Part shown: piece after piece, positions 37,364 to 47,798 of the stretch
Numbering within the stretch: position 1 is the stretch's first letter
Layout: each line of letters starts with the position of its first letter
Assembly (NCBI GenBank): GCA_965215505.1
Contig: OZ244065.1
Span: 4,864,001-4,928,000 of the forward strand
Reading direction: 5' to 3'
DNA length: 64,000 nucleotides
Origin: Capsulimonadaceae bacterium
GTDB taxonomy: Bacteria > Armatimonadota > Armatimonadia > Armatimonadales > Capsulimonadaceae
Notes under the pieces: model-generated
What the model was told of the DNA's origin: nothing
The model's input: the letters and a program-made list of their open reading frames with translations, nothing else
Database searches by the model: none
Made by a program: the position numbers and the translations under genes

Positions 37364-37789
37364 ATGGTCAATGTTCTCTATGTCATCGGCGAGCTGATGC
37401 TCATCCTCGCGCTGCTGGGCATGATCGGCGTCGCGGTCTGGGTCGTCCTGTCCGCGCTGCACGTCAAGAACCAGACGGTCGGCCACGCCAAGCGCCTTTC
37501 CAAGCGGCCAATCACTGCCGGCAAAAATTTAGCGATGACCGTCAAGGGGATCGCGCAGCAGGAGCTGGTCCACTTCAAGCACATCGGTACGTCCGTCAAG
37601 GACGCCGCCGGGGCGGTCCAGCATTCCGCCCTGGAGATCAAGGGGGCCGCCCAGAACATCCACCCCGAAGAGCTGAAGCCCGCCCTAGCGGGTGTCCAGG
37701 GGGTGGGCGAGCGCATCGGGGAGGCCACCAAAGTCCTGCGGCTGGCCGCCCAGCTTTCCAAAGCGGCGGCCAAGCAGCGGCCCCGCTGA
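37364..37789 (+). CDS. Membrane-anchored helical protein (DUF948/YoxC-like)
   Basis: N-terminal TM followed by amphipathic helices. Confidence 0.65.
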   Translation: MVNVLYVIGELMLILALLGMIGVAVWVVLSALHVKNQTVGHAKRLSKRPITAGKNLAMTVKGIAQQELVHFKHIGTSVKDAAGAVQHSALEIKGAAQNIHPEELKPALAGVQGVGERIGEATKVLRLAAQLSKAAAKQRPR

Positions 37790-37798
37790 CGGCCCCAT

Positions 37799-38308
37799 CT
37801 ACTTGGGGTAAGTGTCCTCGATCTTCCGGTTCATCTCGTTCGGGGCGAAGGGCAGTTCGGAGACGTTGCCGGTGACGAGGGGCTTGCCGTCCACGCGGAT
37901 GCCCAGAGCCGTGACCGCTTGGGCGGCGGGCGTCCGGTCCTCGGCCGGAACATCCAGATTCACGATCTCCGCCGCCGCGACCCCCCCGCTGTGGTTGATG
38001 TAGTCGCGGATCGCCTGGAGTGGGACGTTCAGCGTCTCCGGCTTCTGCTGGTTTGCTTCATCGTAGACCCAGCCCACTTCGATATGGTGCGCGGCGTCCG
38101 CTGGATTCCCGACCGTCTCTTCCGGTGGTAAAACACCCTTCAAGTCTGTTGGCGCGGTGTCCGACTTTGGTGCGGCCGTGGCCGCCGCCTGTTGGGCCTG
38201 CTCGTCCTCGTCCCTGTCCGGCAACGCCGATCTCCGCACCCCCTGGTTTAGAAAAACGAGGGCGCCCCCCAGCAGGACCAGGGCCACGATCACAAGAAGG
38301 CGCTTCAT
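37799..38308 (-). CDS. Hypothetical membrane-anchored/exported protein
   Basis: N-terminal hydrophobic helix; ATGA overlap with the pgeF stop. Confidence 0.75.
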   Translation of the reverse strand: MKRLLVIVALVLLGGALVFLNQGVRRSALPDRDEDEQAQQAAATAAPKSDTAPTDLKGVLPPEETVGNPADAAHHIEVGWVYDEANQQKPETLNVPLQAIRDYINHSGGVAAAEIVNLDVPAEDRTPAAQAVTALGIRVDGKPLVTGNVSELPFAPNEMNRKIEDTYPK

Positions 38309-39123
38309 GGCGTCATTGTCTCCTTTATCCCCAAAAATGCCCCCATCCGGCCCGTCGCCCCGTCCCGGCGGTAGGAGAAGAAGTCGCGCCGGTTGCGGAA
38401 GGTGTCCTCGTCGCAGACGGCGATGGACTCGGCCTTCAGCCCCGCCGACAGGAGCTGCAAAAAGATGACCGCGCGTAGGTTCAACGTGTAAGTGCCGGCC
38501 AGCTCGTTGCGCGGCATGACGACGTTCGCCGCCCGCGAGCCGGGCACCGTGCGGAACCGGTCCGCCACCTCCGACCCGACCTCGTAGCTGTCCCCCCCGA
38601 TGGACGGCCCGATGGCGGCGACGCAGGAGGCCGGGAGGCAGCCGAACTCCTCCGCCAGTGCCTGCACCGTCCTGGCCGCGATGTTGGCCTCGGTCCCGCG
38701 CCAGCCCGCGTGGGCCAGTCCGATGGCCTTGCGCGCCGGGTCCACCAGGTACACCGGGACGCAGTCGGCGAAGAACAGCATCAGCAACAGGTCGGGGACG
38801 TTCGTCACCAGGGCGTCCGCGCCAGGGATCGGCGTCTGCCCCGTCCCCGCCTTGACGATGGCCACGCCGTCGCCGTGGACCTGCTCGGCCAGGGCGACCT
38901 GCCCCTCGCCGAACCCCAGGTCGGACCAGACGCGCTGCCGGTTGGCCGCCACCGACGCGGGCGCGTCGCCGACGTGTGCGCCCAGGTTTAGGGTGTCATA
39001 GGGGGCGACCCCGACCCCGCCCCGCCGCGTCGTGAAGCCCTGGACGATGCGCGGCAGCCACGACATGGTCTTGGCCTGGTACAGCGGCAGGTCCCCGATC
39101 GGTTGTTTGCGCCAGCCGGTCAT
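38305..39123 (-). CDS. pgeF: Peptidoglycan editing factor / YfiH-family purine nucleoside enzyme
   Basis: FTTRRGG, QVHG, ADAL, ADCVP, AHAGWRG, IGPSI and FFSYRR. Confidence 0.93.
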   Translation of the reverse strand: MTGWRKQPIGDLPLYQAKTMSWLPRIVQGFTTRRGGVGVAPYDTLNLGAHVGDAPASVAANRQRVWSDLGFGEGQVALAEQVHGDGVAIVKAGTGQTPIPGADALVTNVPDLLLMLFFADCVPVYLVDPARKAIGLAHAGWRGTEANIAARTVQALAEEFGCLPASCVAAIGPSIGGDSYEVGSEVADRFRTVPGSRAANVVMPRNELAGTYTLNLRAVIFLQLLSAGLKAESIAVCDEDTFRNRRDFFSYRRDGATGRMGAFLGIKETMTP

Positions 39124-39413
39124 TCGGCTCGCTTTCCTTCACGCATTGCCCGCCGCTCCTGCGCTCGCACCTCCAATTGGCCAAAGACTTCTTCCATAGA
39201 GTAGGTGCGTCCAGCATCAACGTCATCTAAGCCCGCCTGGATGCCCGCCACTGATCCAGCCAAATCTTCCAGCCCCGAAAACTCGTCCATCTCTGCGCCT
39301 ATATCTTTTTCCACAAGCTTCAGCAGGTAGGCCGTGACCTCCTGACCGTTCATCTCCGCCTGTTTGTGAAGAAGCAACTCCATGTCTGCGGAAATGTCTA
39401 ACGTGAGTGCCAC
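39120..39413 (-). CDS. Putative RHH-type antitoxin-like protein with no adjacent toxin
   Basis: LTLDISADMELLLHKQA...IQAGLDDVDAGRTYSMEEVF; GTG start with GGAG RBS; lower GC. Confidence 0.6.
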   Translation of the reverse strand: MALTLDISADMELLLHKQAEMNGQEVTAYLLKLVEKDIGAEMDEFSGLEDLAGSVAGIQAGLDDVDAGRTYSMEEVFGQLEVRAQERRAMREGKRAE

Positions 39414-39452
39414 TGGTTTCTCCGAAAGCCGGGACGGGAGTATCGTCCACAA

Positions 39453-39770
39453 TCATGCAGGCGACGCGAGCAGCATTTGCAGTGTGGTGATCTCAATCAT
39501 CAGCAACTCGTCAACAACCTGCGCTTCCGTATAGCCTCGCTCGCGCATTTCACCGGTAGGTCCTGCTGCCGGAAAGCCCCAGCCGCGCTTATAGGTCGCC
39601 TCACGTCCGACTTCCAGAGTGTACGGCACACCAAAAGCATAGCAGGCACTTCCAAAGCCTGATAACCACTGAACAGCGGCTTGTTCTGACAACTCGTACA
39701 GGAACAGAACGGGCCGCTCCCGCACCTGTTCCAGCGTTTCAATCGCTTTCGTGACTGCCTCTCGGTCCAC
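39453..39770 (-). CDS. Hypothetical protein, lower GC
   Basis: GTG start with GAGGGG RBS; ETLEQVRERPVLFL...WLSGF; upstream ORF extension overlaps GH15 and is rejected. Confidence 0.6.
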   Translation of the reverse strand: MDREAVTKAIETLEQVRERPVLFLYELSEQAAVQWLSGFGSACYAFGVPYTLEVGREATYKRGWGFPAAGPTGEMRERGYTEAQVVDELLMIEITTLQMLLASPA

Positions 39771-39856
39771 TTCTTGTACCCCCTCACTGTCTTCCGTCCG
39801 CAGGACGGTCGGCGCGAAGCGCCTTCCAGACGGGTACTTCAGTGCCCGGCGCTTCT

Positions 39857-41893
39857 CTAGTCCGTCATCTCGTACAAATCCATGCCGCCCGACAGCAGGG
39901 CGTTCTTGGACTCCGACTCGCACAGCTTGTCCAGCTTCGCCAAATACTCGCGCACCGTCATCACGACCGTGGCGTGGGACCAGGTCAGCGGCGAGACCGA
40001 GATCGGGTCGCCGCTGTAGGGGTGGATCTGCTCGGCCAGGACGCCCGAGTCCAGAGTGTGCTTGCGGACCCACTCCAATATCTCCAGCGCGGGCGTCAGC
40101 TCGGAAAGCGTCTCGGCCTTCTGGATGTGCCACTCGGCCAGCCACAGGGTGCAGATGATCCACGGGTTGCCCGGCACGTTCCCCACGTCCTGGCTGACCT
40201 GGTGGTAGTAGTCGTTCTCGTAGCGCGCGACCCCGCCGATGTCGGTCCGGCACCACAGGCGCTCTTTGATTTGCTCCATCGTCGCCACGACTTTGGGGTC
40301 GCCGGCGGGCAGCATCCCGAACTGGAAGACGCCGTACAGGCTGGCATCAATGGTGAGGTCCGCGTCTATCGCGCCGGTCTCGGGGTCCACGGTGATGCGG
40401 CGGACGAACCGGCCCCGCTCCTCGTCCCACAGGTGTTCCAGGGCGGCGTCCTTGATCTCCATCTGGGCGGCCCGGAACTCGATGGCGCGGCGCTCGTCGC
40501 CGAAGGTCTCGGCGAACAGGGCGGCGGCGTTCAAGCCCGCCCACACGGCGGCGACGGTGAAGGTGTGGATGCCGTGCCGCTCTTCCCACAGGTCATAGGA
40601 CGCGCCCGGCAGGCCGGTGTGGGCTTCCCGGTACTGCGTCATGAACTCCCCCGCCCGCCGGATGAGCGGGGCGTACAGGCCCCGGATGAACTCGACGTCC
40701 CGGTAACGCTCGTAATGCTCCCACAAGGCCCAGATGACCAGGGCGGTTTCGTCCTCCTGGATGGGGAGCTGCAAATGGCCCGTCCCGTCCGCCCAGGGGT
40801 GCCACGACGACCCCAGCGACTTGTCCGGGTTGTACTTGTGCAGCAAGTAGCCCTCGGGCAGCAATACGTCCTTGCAGAACTCGTAAAAGTTCCGCGTCAC
40901 ATCCGGCTGGCCCGCGAGGTCCAGCGAGTACGCCACCAGCGCGCCATCGCGCGGCCACATGTAGGAGTAGGTGTCGTTGTTGAAGGTCAGATAGTCCGAG
41001 TCGTTGGCCGCCAGTATCGCCCCCCGGTTGTCGATCTGCGTCCTGAGTATCAGCAGCGACTGCTTGTAGAGCGTCACCAAAGGGTCGGGCAGGTCGCCGT
41101 AGGGGATGTCGTCCTTGTTGACCCAGCGGTTCCAGTAGATGCGCGCCCGGTGCTGGAAGAACTCCGGCCCGCGCTCCTCGACGAGCTGGTTGATCAGCTT
41201 GACGGCGGCATAATCCTCGCCCGCCGCCAGCCAGTAGTAGACGGTCGCCGTCCGGTTCAGGGCGACGTGCGCGCCGATGGTGCTGTCCACGGCCCCCTGC
41301 GCGACCGAGTTCATGCCCAGCACACCGTCCTCGGCGTCCCGCCACGTCCCCTCCGCCCCGTGCGCGTGCGAGACGCCGATGGCGTAGTGGTGGACGCCGT
41401 GGTCCTTCACGCCGTCGCTCTCGACGCAGACGTTGGCGAGCATCCACGTCTTGCCCTTATAGTGGATCATCGCCTGGAGGTTCGGCGCGTAGTAGGCCGT
41501 GTTGCCCTCCGACGACTCGTTGAGGTTGAAGTCGTGGTGCCAGAACAGCCGCAGGTCGCGCCCCTGGGGCAGCAGGTTCTCCACCTCCACCTTGCGGACG
41601 TAGACGTCCCGGTCGAAGTCCACGCAGTCCCGGCAGACCAGCCGCAGCCCCAGCCCCCAGTGGACCGCCGTCACCTCGGTGACCAGGGTGTCCTTCTCGT
41701 AGCGCATCGTCTTCTGCCACGACGGCTCCGAGATCCACGACATCTGCCCGTCCACCCAGATGCCGAACCGGCAGGCCTGCCCGCGCGTGTGGTTCATCTG
41801 GCCGACGAAGGGGAAGTACACGTCGCGCAGGGTGTAGCGCGAGTCGAAGGTCAGCAGCAGGTTGCCGTTGGCAATGGGAATATCACGGGGCAT
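39857..41893 (-). CDS. Glycoside hydrolase family 15 (glucoamylase/trehalase-like)
   Basis: YSYMWPRDG, IQEDET, YDLWEE, LAEQ and SPLTWSHA. Confidence 0.93.
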   Translation of the reverse strand: MPRDIPIANGNLLLTFDSRYTLRDVYFPFVGQMNHTRGQACRFGIWVDGQMSWISEPSWQKTMRYEKDTLVTEVTAVHWGLGLRLVCRDCVDFDRDVYVRKVEVENLLPQGRDLRLFWHHDFNLNESSEGNTAYYAPNLQAMIHYKGKTWMLANVCVESDGVKDHGVHHYAIGVSHAHGAEGTWRDAEDGVLGMNSVAQGAVDSTIGAHVALNRTATVYYWLAAGEDYAAVKLINQLVEERGPEFFQHRARIYWNRWVNKDDIPYGDLPDPLVTLYKQSLLILRTQIDNRGAILAANDSDYLTFNNDTYSYMWPRDGALVAYSLDLAGQPDVTRNFYEFCKDVLLPEGYLLHKYNPDKSLGSSWHPWADGTGHLQLPIQEDETALVIWALWEHYERYRDVEFIRGLYAPLIRRAGEFMTQYREAHTGLPGASYDLWEERHGIHTFTVAAVWAGLNAAALFAETFGDERRAIEFRAAQMEIKDAALEHLWDEERGRFVRRITVDPETGAIDADLTIDASLYGVFQFGMLPAGDPKVVATMEQIKERLWCRTDIGGVARYENDYYHQVSQDVGNVPGNPWIICTLWLAEWHIQKAETLSELTPALEILEWVRKHTLDSGVLAEQIHPYSGDPISVSPLTWSHATVVMTVREYLAKLDKLCESESKNALLSGGMDLYEMTD

Positions 41894-42043
41894 AAAATCA
41901 CCAGCCTCTAGTATACCCGCTCGCCCGGCCTTTCCCGATTGACGCGCTCCGGGGCGGGTGGGGAAACATTTCGGCGTTTGCTTTGTCTAGCGCACCATCG
42001 CAGGCTAATCACCGTGCCCGCGCATTGACAGCAAGGAACCAAA

Positions 42044-44647
42044 ATGGACCATCGGCGGCATCTCCCACGGCTTTCAGTCCTGCTGCTCGTCTCGCTGACC
42101 GCCCTCTCCACGGGGGCGGCCTGCGCCCCCGCCCCGCCGAGCCTGGCGAGCGCCCTGGCGGCGGTCAAGCCGCCCGCAGGCGGCGTCGTCCTGACCGTCG
42201 GGGCCGCGCAGTGTCCCCTGCCGTCCGGGGAGGTGTTCCCCGGCCCGGACGCCTCCGTTCAGGCCGTCGCGGGCGCGTTCCACCGGATCGCCCGGACGTT
42301 CGGCGTGGTCACGGCCGTCGCGCCGCCCACGATGACCCTGCTCAACACCCGCCCCGTCAACCCCAACATCTATGACGGCATGCCGACCCCCGAGGCCCTG
42401 AAGTTCCTGGCCGCCAGCCTGACCCCCGGCCAGTGGCAGCAGCTCACGGGCGACCAGGGGATCGGGCTGTCCGACATGGTCAGCGAGACGCAGAGCAGCC
42501 TGTTCACGGCGACCCTGCCGCGAAAGCTCCTCCTGGTGCCGCAGCCACTCACGGGGGCCGACGCCAGCGCCACGGCGTCGGTGCCGGGGACGCGCGACCT
42601 GACCGCCTCGCTGCCCCAGGTCCGCCTGCGCCTCCGTCGCCGCCTGGACCTCCTGGTGTCCCGACTCGGCGGCCAGCCGAACTCCGTCCTCAACGTGGAG
42701 GCGGCCCGTGACATCGGGCAGGAGACGCACTACCGGATCGGTGCGGACAGCTACTCCGCGCCGAACGCCTCCCTCTATGGCGTCCCGGTCAAGGCCGAAG
42801 TGCCGAACGTCCCCAAACCCGGCGGCCTCGACCCGGACAGCCCTGCCCTGCGCGTGGCCGTGCCGCTGGCAGGCGTGAACAACGTCGGGGCGCTCCTCGC
42901 CCGCGTGGGTCGGCTTGCCGGCCTGGAGCTGTACGCCGACCGCCGGTGGGAGGACCGCCCCCTGACCATCCTGGGGACCGCGCCGTCCGCGCCCGCCGCC
43001 GATCTCCTGCGCTCGCTCACGTTCTGCCTGACGGGGGCGTTCCGCCGAGTCGGCCCGGCCTATGTGCTGACGGATGACGTGCTTGGCCTCGGTACGCGCC
43101 GCGCGGTCCTGTCGGAGTTCGAGTCCACCGCCTCGGCGATGCGCCACAAGGCGCTCTACGCCGCCGGGGACTCGATGGCCGGCGTCCATTCCCTGACCGA
43201 CCTCCCACTAGCCCCGGACTCGATGACGTTCACCGATGCCCAGAAGAAAGCGGCCCAGCCCTTCTACGACCAGACCGGGTTTTCCAGCCTCACGCAGACC
43301 CTGGGCCAGCTCACGCCGGAGCAGAGGGCCGCCGTGGCGGCGACTCCCGCTTTCACGGGCAGCGACGGCGTCACCTACACGCCCGATCTGGCCGGGGACA
43401 TCATCGTCGGGGAGGACCCCTCCCTGGAACTGCTCGTGCCGACGGTCAGCGGGCCGGTTGATTCTGGCCTGCGCTCGACCCTGTACGCCCTGTTCCAGCC
43501 GACGCCACCCGCCCCCGATGCCCCCGCGCCGCCAACCTCCCCGGCTGCTCCCGGCGCTCCCGCCGCTCCCGCCCAATCACTGGCAACGCTGACCAAAACA
43601 ATCCCCCGCCGCGCCGTTTTGAGTTCCCCACATACGGCGGCGGACGTCCAGGCCCTCGTCGCGGCGATGAAGAAGCTGGGCCTGAACCAGCTCTGGCTCC
43701 CGGTCGTCCCCACCGGCCAGGCCCCCGACATCCTCTCGCAAGCCGTGCAGGCCACGAAGGGGACCGACATCGCCGTCTACGCCGTCGTTGACCTGCTGAC
43801 CCGGCCGCGCGGCACCCCGGCGGACGCGGCGGACCTGACCCTGACGGGCCGGACCAGCGCCCAGGCGCAGGCCGCCCAAGCCGAGCGCGAAGCACTGGCC
43901 GGGCCGACGCCCTACAAGCCTGCCGACAGAGTCCCCGCCGTGAACGGCGTCGCCGTCAGCCCGTTCTCCGCCGCCGTCGGCAAGGAGCTATCAGCCTTCA
44001 CCCACACCCTGATGACCACGCCCGGCATCGCCGGGATCGTCTGGCGGGCCACCGCGACGCCCGGCTATGACGAAGCCCAGGGGGCGGCCCCCGACCGCGA
44101 CGGCCTCGCACTCGGCTACACGCCCGCCGCGCGGCTGGCGTTCCTCCGCCGGGAACACGCCGACCCCCTGGACCTCCTCCCAACGGCGGCGCGGGGCACC
44201 GCCGACACCTCCCTGCCGGGCTTCGACGACCTTGCCTTGGAACTGACTCTGGAGACGAAATGGGACAAGTTCCGCGCCGACGCGGACCGGTCGCTGCTGA
44301 CGTCCCTTTTTCATCAGTTCGCCACCGACGGGGCCGGGTCCGCATCCAAACCCCTCCTGCTCGTCCAGCAGCGGGGAGGTCGCCCCCCGACCATCACCTG
44401 GTACGGCAGTTGGGCCGGGCCGGACGCCCCTCTCCCCACCTTCCGGCCCTCCTCGGGCGTCCCGGTCGCCGAAAAAGTGCAGGCGCGGGCGCAGTCCGCG
44501 CTCACCATCGCGGACCTCCCCGTACCTGCCCCCATGGACGAAGCGGCGATCCTGCGCCGGTGGGCGGGGCCGCTCCAGAGCATCGGGAAGAACCACTCGT
44601 GGGACGGAATCGTCTTGAACAGCCTTCCCGCACCCGCGACGCCTTGA
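42044..44647 (+). CDS. Large exported protein: STN-like segment plus degenerate GHL10-like barrel
   Basis: Signal peptide; LLARVGRLAGLELYAD...RRVGPAYVL; Pro/Ala linker; MKKLGLNQLWLPV...IAVYAVV. Confidence 0.65.
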   Translation: MDHRRHLPRLSVLLLVSLTALSTGAACAPAPPSLASALAAVKPPAGGVVLTVGAAQCPLPSGEVFPGPDASVQAVAGAFHRIARTFGVVTAVAPPTMTLLNTRPVNPNIYDGMPTPEALKFLAASLTPGQWQQLTGDQGIGLSDMVSETQSSLFTATLPRKLLLVPQPLTGADASATASVPGTRDLTASLPQVRLRLRRRLDLLVSRLGGQPNSVLNVEAARDIGQETHYRIGADSYSAPNASLYGVPVKAEVPNVPKPGGLDPDSPALRVAVPLAGVNNVGALLARVGRLAGLELYADRRWEDRPLTILGTAPSAPAADLLRSLTFCLTGAFRRVGPAYVLTDDVLGLGTRRAVLSEFESTASAMRHKALYAAGDSMAGVHSLTDLPLAPDSMTFTDAQKKAAQPFYDQTGFSSLTQTLGQLTPEQRAAVAATPAFTGSDGVTYTPDLAGDIIVGEDPSLELLVPTVSGPVDSGLRSTLYALFQPTPPAPDAPAPPTSPAAPGAPAAPAQSLATLTKTIPRRAVLSSPHTAADVQALVAAMKKLGLNQLWLPVVPTGQAPDILSQAVQATKGTDIAVYAVVDLLTRPRGTPADAADLTLTGRTSAQAQAAQAEREALAGPTPYKPADRVPAVNGVAVSPFSAAVGKELSAFTHTLMTTPGIAGIVWRATATPGYDEAQGAAPDRDGLALGYTPAARLAFLRREHADPLDLLPTAARGTADTSLPGFDDLALELTLETKWDKFRADADRSLLTSLFHQFATDGAGSASKPLLLVQQRGGRPPTITWYGSWAGPDAPLPTFRPSSGVPVAEKVQARAQSALTIADLPVPAPMDEAAILRRWAGPLQSIGKNHSWDGIVLNSLPAPATP

Positions 44648-44678
44648 CGCCCGCCCCGAACGCTGTTATAATAACCCC

Positions 44679-45320
44679 ATGGCAAGCACGGCACGAACAA
44701 GCACGGCACGAACACGCGGGACACGGGCGAAGGCGAAGCGGCGGGAGCGGCCCCTCGGCGCGGCGATCTGCGCGGGGCTGGGGGTGACCCTGGGCGTCGT
44801 CCTGGTCATCCTGGTCGTGCAGCTCCTCATCCCCAACTCGTTCCTGCGCCAGTATTATGAGTTGCTCCGGCACTCCCCCAGCGCCACCCTGCCGTTCAGC
44901 GCGCTCTACCAGCAGCTCTCCGAACAGGCCGCCCGCGAGGAGGCCCTGTTCGCCACCCCCTTCTCGCTCCTGTGCGGCGGGCTGACCGTCGGCCTGCTCG
45001 CGCCCCGCTACGCCCCTCGGCGGCGCGTCCTCAGCGCGGCGGGCCTGATGGCACTCGGCATCCTGGTCGTCTCGCTCACCTTCCTCTGGGTAGACAGCAT
45101 CAGCACGACCGCCATCATCAACGCGCACGAAGGCGGCCAGATCTCCCACGCGACCGCCCCGCTCGGCTACCTCCTGCGCCAAATATTATGGGGGTTGGGC
45201 TGGATCGCCGCCTGCGTCCTCGGGGCCTGGCTTGGCCTGCGCGGGCGGGGCCGGGGCATCCCGCAGGAGGGGAGTAAAGACGTCCTCCCCACCGCCCCGC
45301 GCGAGGTCGCCCGCCGCTGA
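44679..45320 (+). CDS. Hypothetical 4-TM membrane protein, probably leaderless
   Basis: TTGACG-17-TATAAT ends 6 nt before the ATG; 4 hydrophobic helices. Confidence 0.75.
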   Translation: MASTARTSTARTRGTRAKAKRRERPLGAAICAGLGVTLGVVLVILVVQLLIPNSFLRQYYELLRHSPSATLPFSALYQQLSEQAAREEALFATPFSLLCGGLTVGLLAPRYAPRRRVLSAAGLMALGILVVSLTFLWVDSISTTAIINAHEGGQISHATAPLGYLLRQILWGLGWIAACVLGAWLGLRGRGRGIPQEGSKDVLPTAPREVARR

Positions 45321-45350
45321 CCCCGCCGCCGCTGACCCCCCGCCGGGGCC

Positions 45351-47120
45351 TTACTCCGGCTTCACGATCTCCGCCCCCACCACCCGCGCCGCGTCGGCCT
45401 GCACCACGACCCCATCCGGCGTGTGGTGCAGAGTCCCCGCCACGATGACCCGGTCCCCCATCACCGTCGGCGGCACCAGCCGGGGCGCGTCCACCCGCAG
45501 CGGCGTCTGCCCCAGGCCGTCCGCGACGAAGAAGTGGTCGCCCAGCCGGTCCGAACCGCTCGTCACCAGCGGGCCGTCCAGCAGGACTTTCGCGCCCTCC
45601 GGCTGATCGCCCACCCCGGCCACCTCCGTAACAATAGGGGCATCGCCCGCCGCCAGGCCGACCGTCCGCGCCGTCTCCCCCGGATGCACCCGCAGGTCCG
45701 TCTCGTACACGCCGCCCGGCCAGACCGCCCGGACGTGGTACGTCCCCGGCGGGATGTGCGCGAACCCAAACCACCCGTTGCCGTCGCTCTCCCCCGTCCG
45801 ATGCACCTTCCCGTCATGGCGAGTCGCCGTCACCCGCGCGCCGTCCACAGGCGTCAGGCTGTCCCCGGACAGCAGAGTCCCCATCAGCGCGCCCGTCTTC
45901 GGGTCCGTCTTCCAAGGCATCGAAGGCGGCAGGACAGTCCCTTTGAAGACGTTCGGCAGGGCCGCGAACAGGGCCGTGTCGCCCTCCACCTCCTGCCCGT
46001 TCACCCCCGTCGGCGTGTCGTAACAATACACCACCGTCCCCGCCGCTCGGTGTCCCGCCGCCGTCTTCGCCCGCGTGTCCCGGACCATCGCCAGCGTGTC
46101 GCCGACCGGGTTCAGGTACGCCCCGATGCCGAGGGCCGCCTGATGCCCGTACTGGTGGTCCTTGGCGAACGTGTTCCACCCCCGCCACTTCGGCAGAGCT
46201 TTTGCCGACCGGAAGTACGTCATCGGGCAGTTCAGGTCCAAAATCCCCTCGCGCATCCAGTCCCGCCAGGGCGCGAAGACCTCCGTATAGGCCGCGCTCT
46301 TGGCGTTGTACTCGGCGTCGGTCGCGGGCGGGTCCCCCCAGCAGATCGTCGCCGCGCTGACGATCAGTTTAGGCTTCAGGGCCGTCGCGCTCACATAGAC
46401 TCGCCGCACCAGGGCCGTCACCTGCGCCCGCCGCCAGGCCCGCCAGCGCGGGTCGTCCCACCTGGGCTGCCCCGTCCCCCCATACTTCTTGTCGTACCGC
46501 GCCACCGAGGCCGCGTTGTACCCCCAGTGCCCGACCGTCTTGCCGTCCCCCCCGTACCGGATGAAGTCCAGGTGTATCCCGTCCACGTCATAGTGCCGCA
46601 CGACGTCCATATACACCCGGTACGTCCACTCCGCCGCCTCGGGGTTGCCGGGGTCAATCTTTGTGGACTCGGTATCGAAGTCCGCCCCCGTGTCCGACAG
46701 CGACAGCCACTCCGGGTGCTGCTTCGTCAGCGGCCCCGCGCTCGCGTTCCCCCCGACCGCGCAGGCGTTGATCCACGCATGGACCTGGATGCGAGGCCGC
46801 CCCGCCGCGTGCGCGTGGTCGCACAAATACTGGAGCGCGTCGAACTGCCCCGCGTCGTCCTGCGCCCAGCCCTCGTAATGCGACTGGTAATAGGCGTCCG
46901 CCCGCTTCCGCATCTGCACGAAGACCGCGTTACAGTGCATCGCCCGCAGCCGGTGCAGCAGAACATCACATTGGGCGGGCGTCTTGAACCCGTCATTGAA
47001 CCCGTCCACCCAGAACGCCCGCAGCTCCGGCCGGTCGGGAGGGGTGGGGGACTTGGCAAACAGAGGAAGGGCCAGCAGCAGCAGGGCCAGCGAAAGCAGG
47101 GCAAGGCGGGGACTTCTCAT
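45351..47120 (-). CDS. Glycosyl hydrolase-like family 10 (DUF187/YddW) with carboxypeptidase-regulatory-like and OB-like domains
   Basis: ELRAFWV, NAVFVQMR, QVHAWIN, YDVDGIHLDFIRY and PMTY. Confidence 0.9.
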   Translation of the reverse strand: MRSPRLALLSLALLLLALPLFAKSPTPPDRPELRAFWVDGFNDGFKTPAQCDVLLHRLRAMHCNAVFVQMRKRADAYYQSHYEGWAQDDAGQFDALQYLCDHAHAAGRPRIQVHAWINACAVGGNASAGPLTKQHPEWLSLSDTGADFDTESTKIDPGNPEAAEWTYRVYMDVVRHYDVDGIHLDFIRYGGDGKTVGHWGYNAASVARYDKKYGGTGQPRWDDPRWRAWRRAQVTALVRRVYVSATALKPKLIVSAATICWGDPPATDAEYNAKSAAYTEVFAPWRDWMREGILDLNCPMTYFRSAKALPKWRGWNTFAKDHQYGHQAALGIGAYLNPVGDTLAMVRDTRAKTAAGHRAAGTVVYCYDTPTGVNGQEVEGDTALFAALPNVFKGTVLPPSMPWKTDPKTGALMGTLLSGDSLTPVDGARVTATRHDGKVHRTGESDGNGWFGFAHIPPGTYHVRAVWPGGVYETDLRVHPGETARTVGLAAGDAPIVTEVAGVGDQPEGAKVLLDGPLVTSGSDRLGDHFFVADGLGQTPLRVDAPRLVPPTVMGDRVIVAGTLHHTPDGVVVQADAARVVGAEIVKPE

Positions 47121-47205
47121 AGGGAGATTATAGCCGATACACAGGCCGGAGGCAATCGGGTATCATGCAAAAACTACCATAAACCATGATTAGGAGGATC
47201 AGACG

Positions 47206-47466
47206 ATGACCGAGACAGGGCAGCAGATCGGGCAGCGCGGCCAAGCGCTGTATGACCAGCAGATACGGGCGCAGGTGGAGCAGGACCACCGGGGCAAGTT
47301 CCTCATCCTGGACGTCAACACCGGCGACTACGAGATAGACGCCGAAGACCTGACCGCCTCCGAGCGGCTTCTGGCCCGCAGGCCGGAGGCCGCCCTGTTC
47401 GGGGTCCGCATCGGGCACCGTGCCGCCTACCGCCTGGGTGGAAAGAAGCAGGCAACCCCCGCATGA
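47206..47466 (+). CDS. Small DUF5678-like protein, partner of the clan AA aspartyl protease
   Basis: RGQALYDQQIR...HRGKFLILDVNTGDYEI...GVRIG; RBS AGGAGG; ATGA coupling to the protease. Confidence 0.7.
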   Translation: MTETGQQIGQRGQALYDQQIRAQVEQDHRGKFLILDVNTGDYEIDAEDLTASERLLARRPEAALFGVRIGHRAAYRLGGKKQATPA

Positions 47467-47798
47467 TGACAGGGATGATCAACGACAGCAAGGAAGCTGT
47501 GCTGAAAGTGCTGATACAAGGGCCGGATGGTCAGGAGATCGAAGCCGAGGCCGTCATTGATACCGGCTACAATGGGACCCTCTCGCTGCCGCCGGAAGCG
47601 ATCACCTTCCTTGCCTTGCCCGCGAGAGGGTCGCGTTACGTCACCCTCGGCGACGGCAACACGGTTCTGATGAACATCTACCGCGCGACAGTCATCTGGG
47701 ATGGCCTGCCGCGTCCTGTTCAGGTCATGGAAACAGAAGACGTGTCTCTCATCGGGATGTCGCTGCTCTACGGCTACCGCGTCATTCTGGATGTGGTA

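Noticed and set aside
39842-41911. 689-aa plus-strand ORF
   Set aside because: Antisense shadow of GH15
45423-47189. 588-aa plus-strand ORF
   Set aside because: Antisense shadow of GHL10
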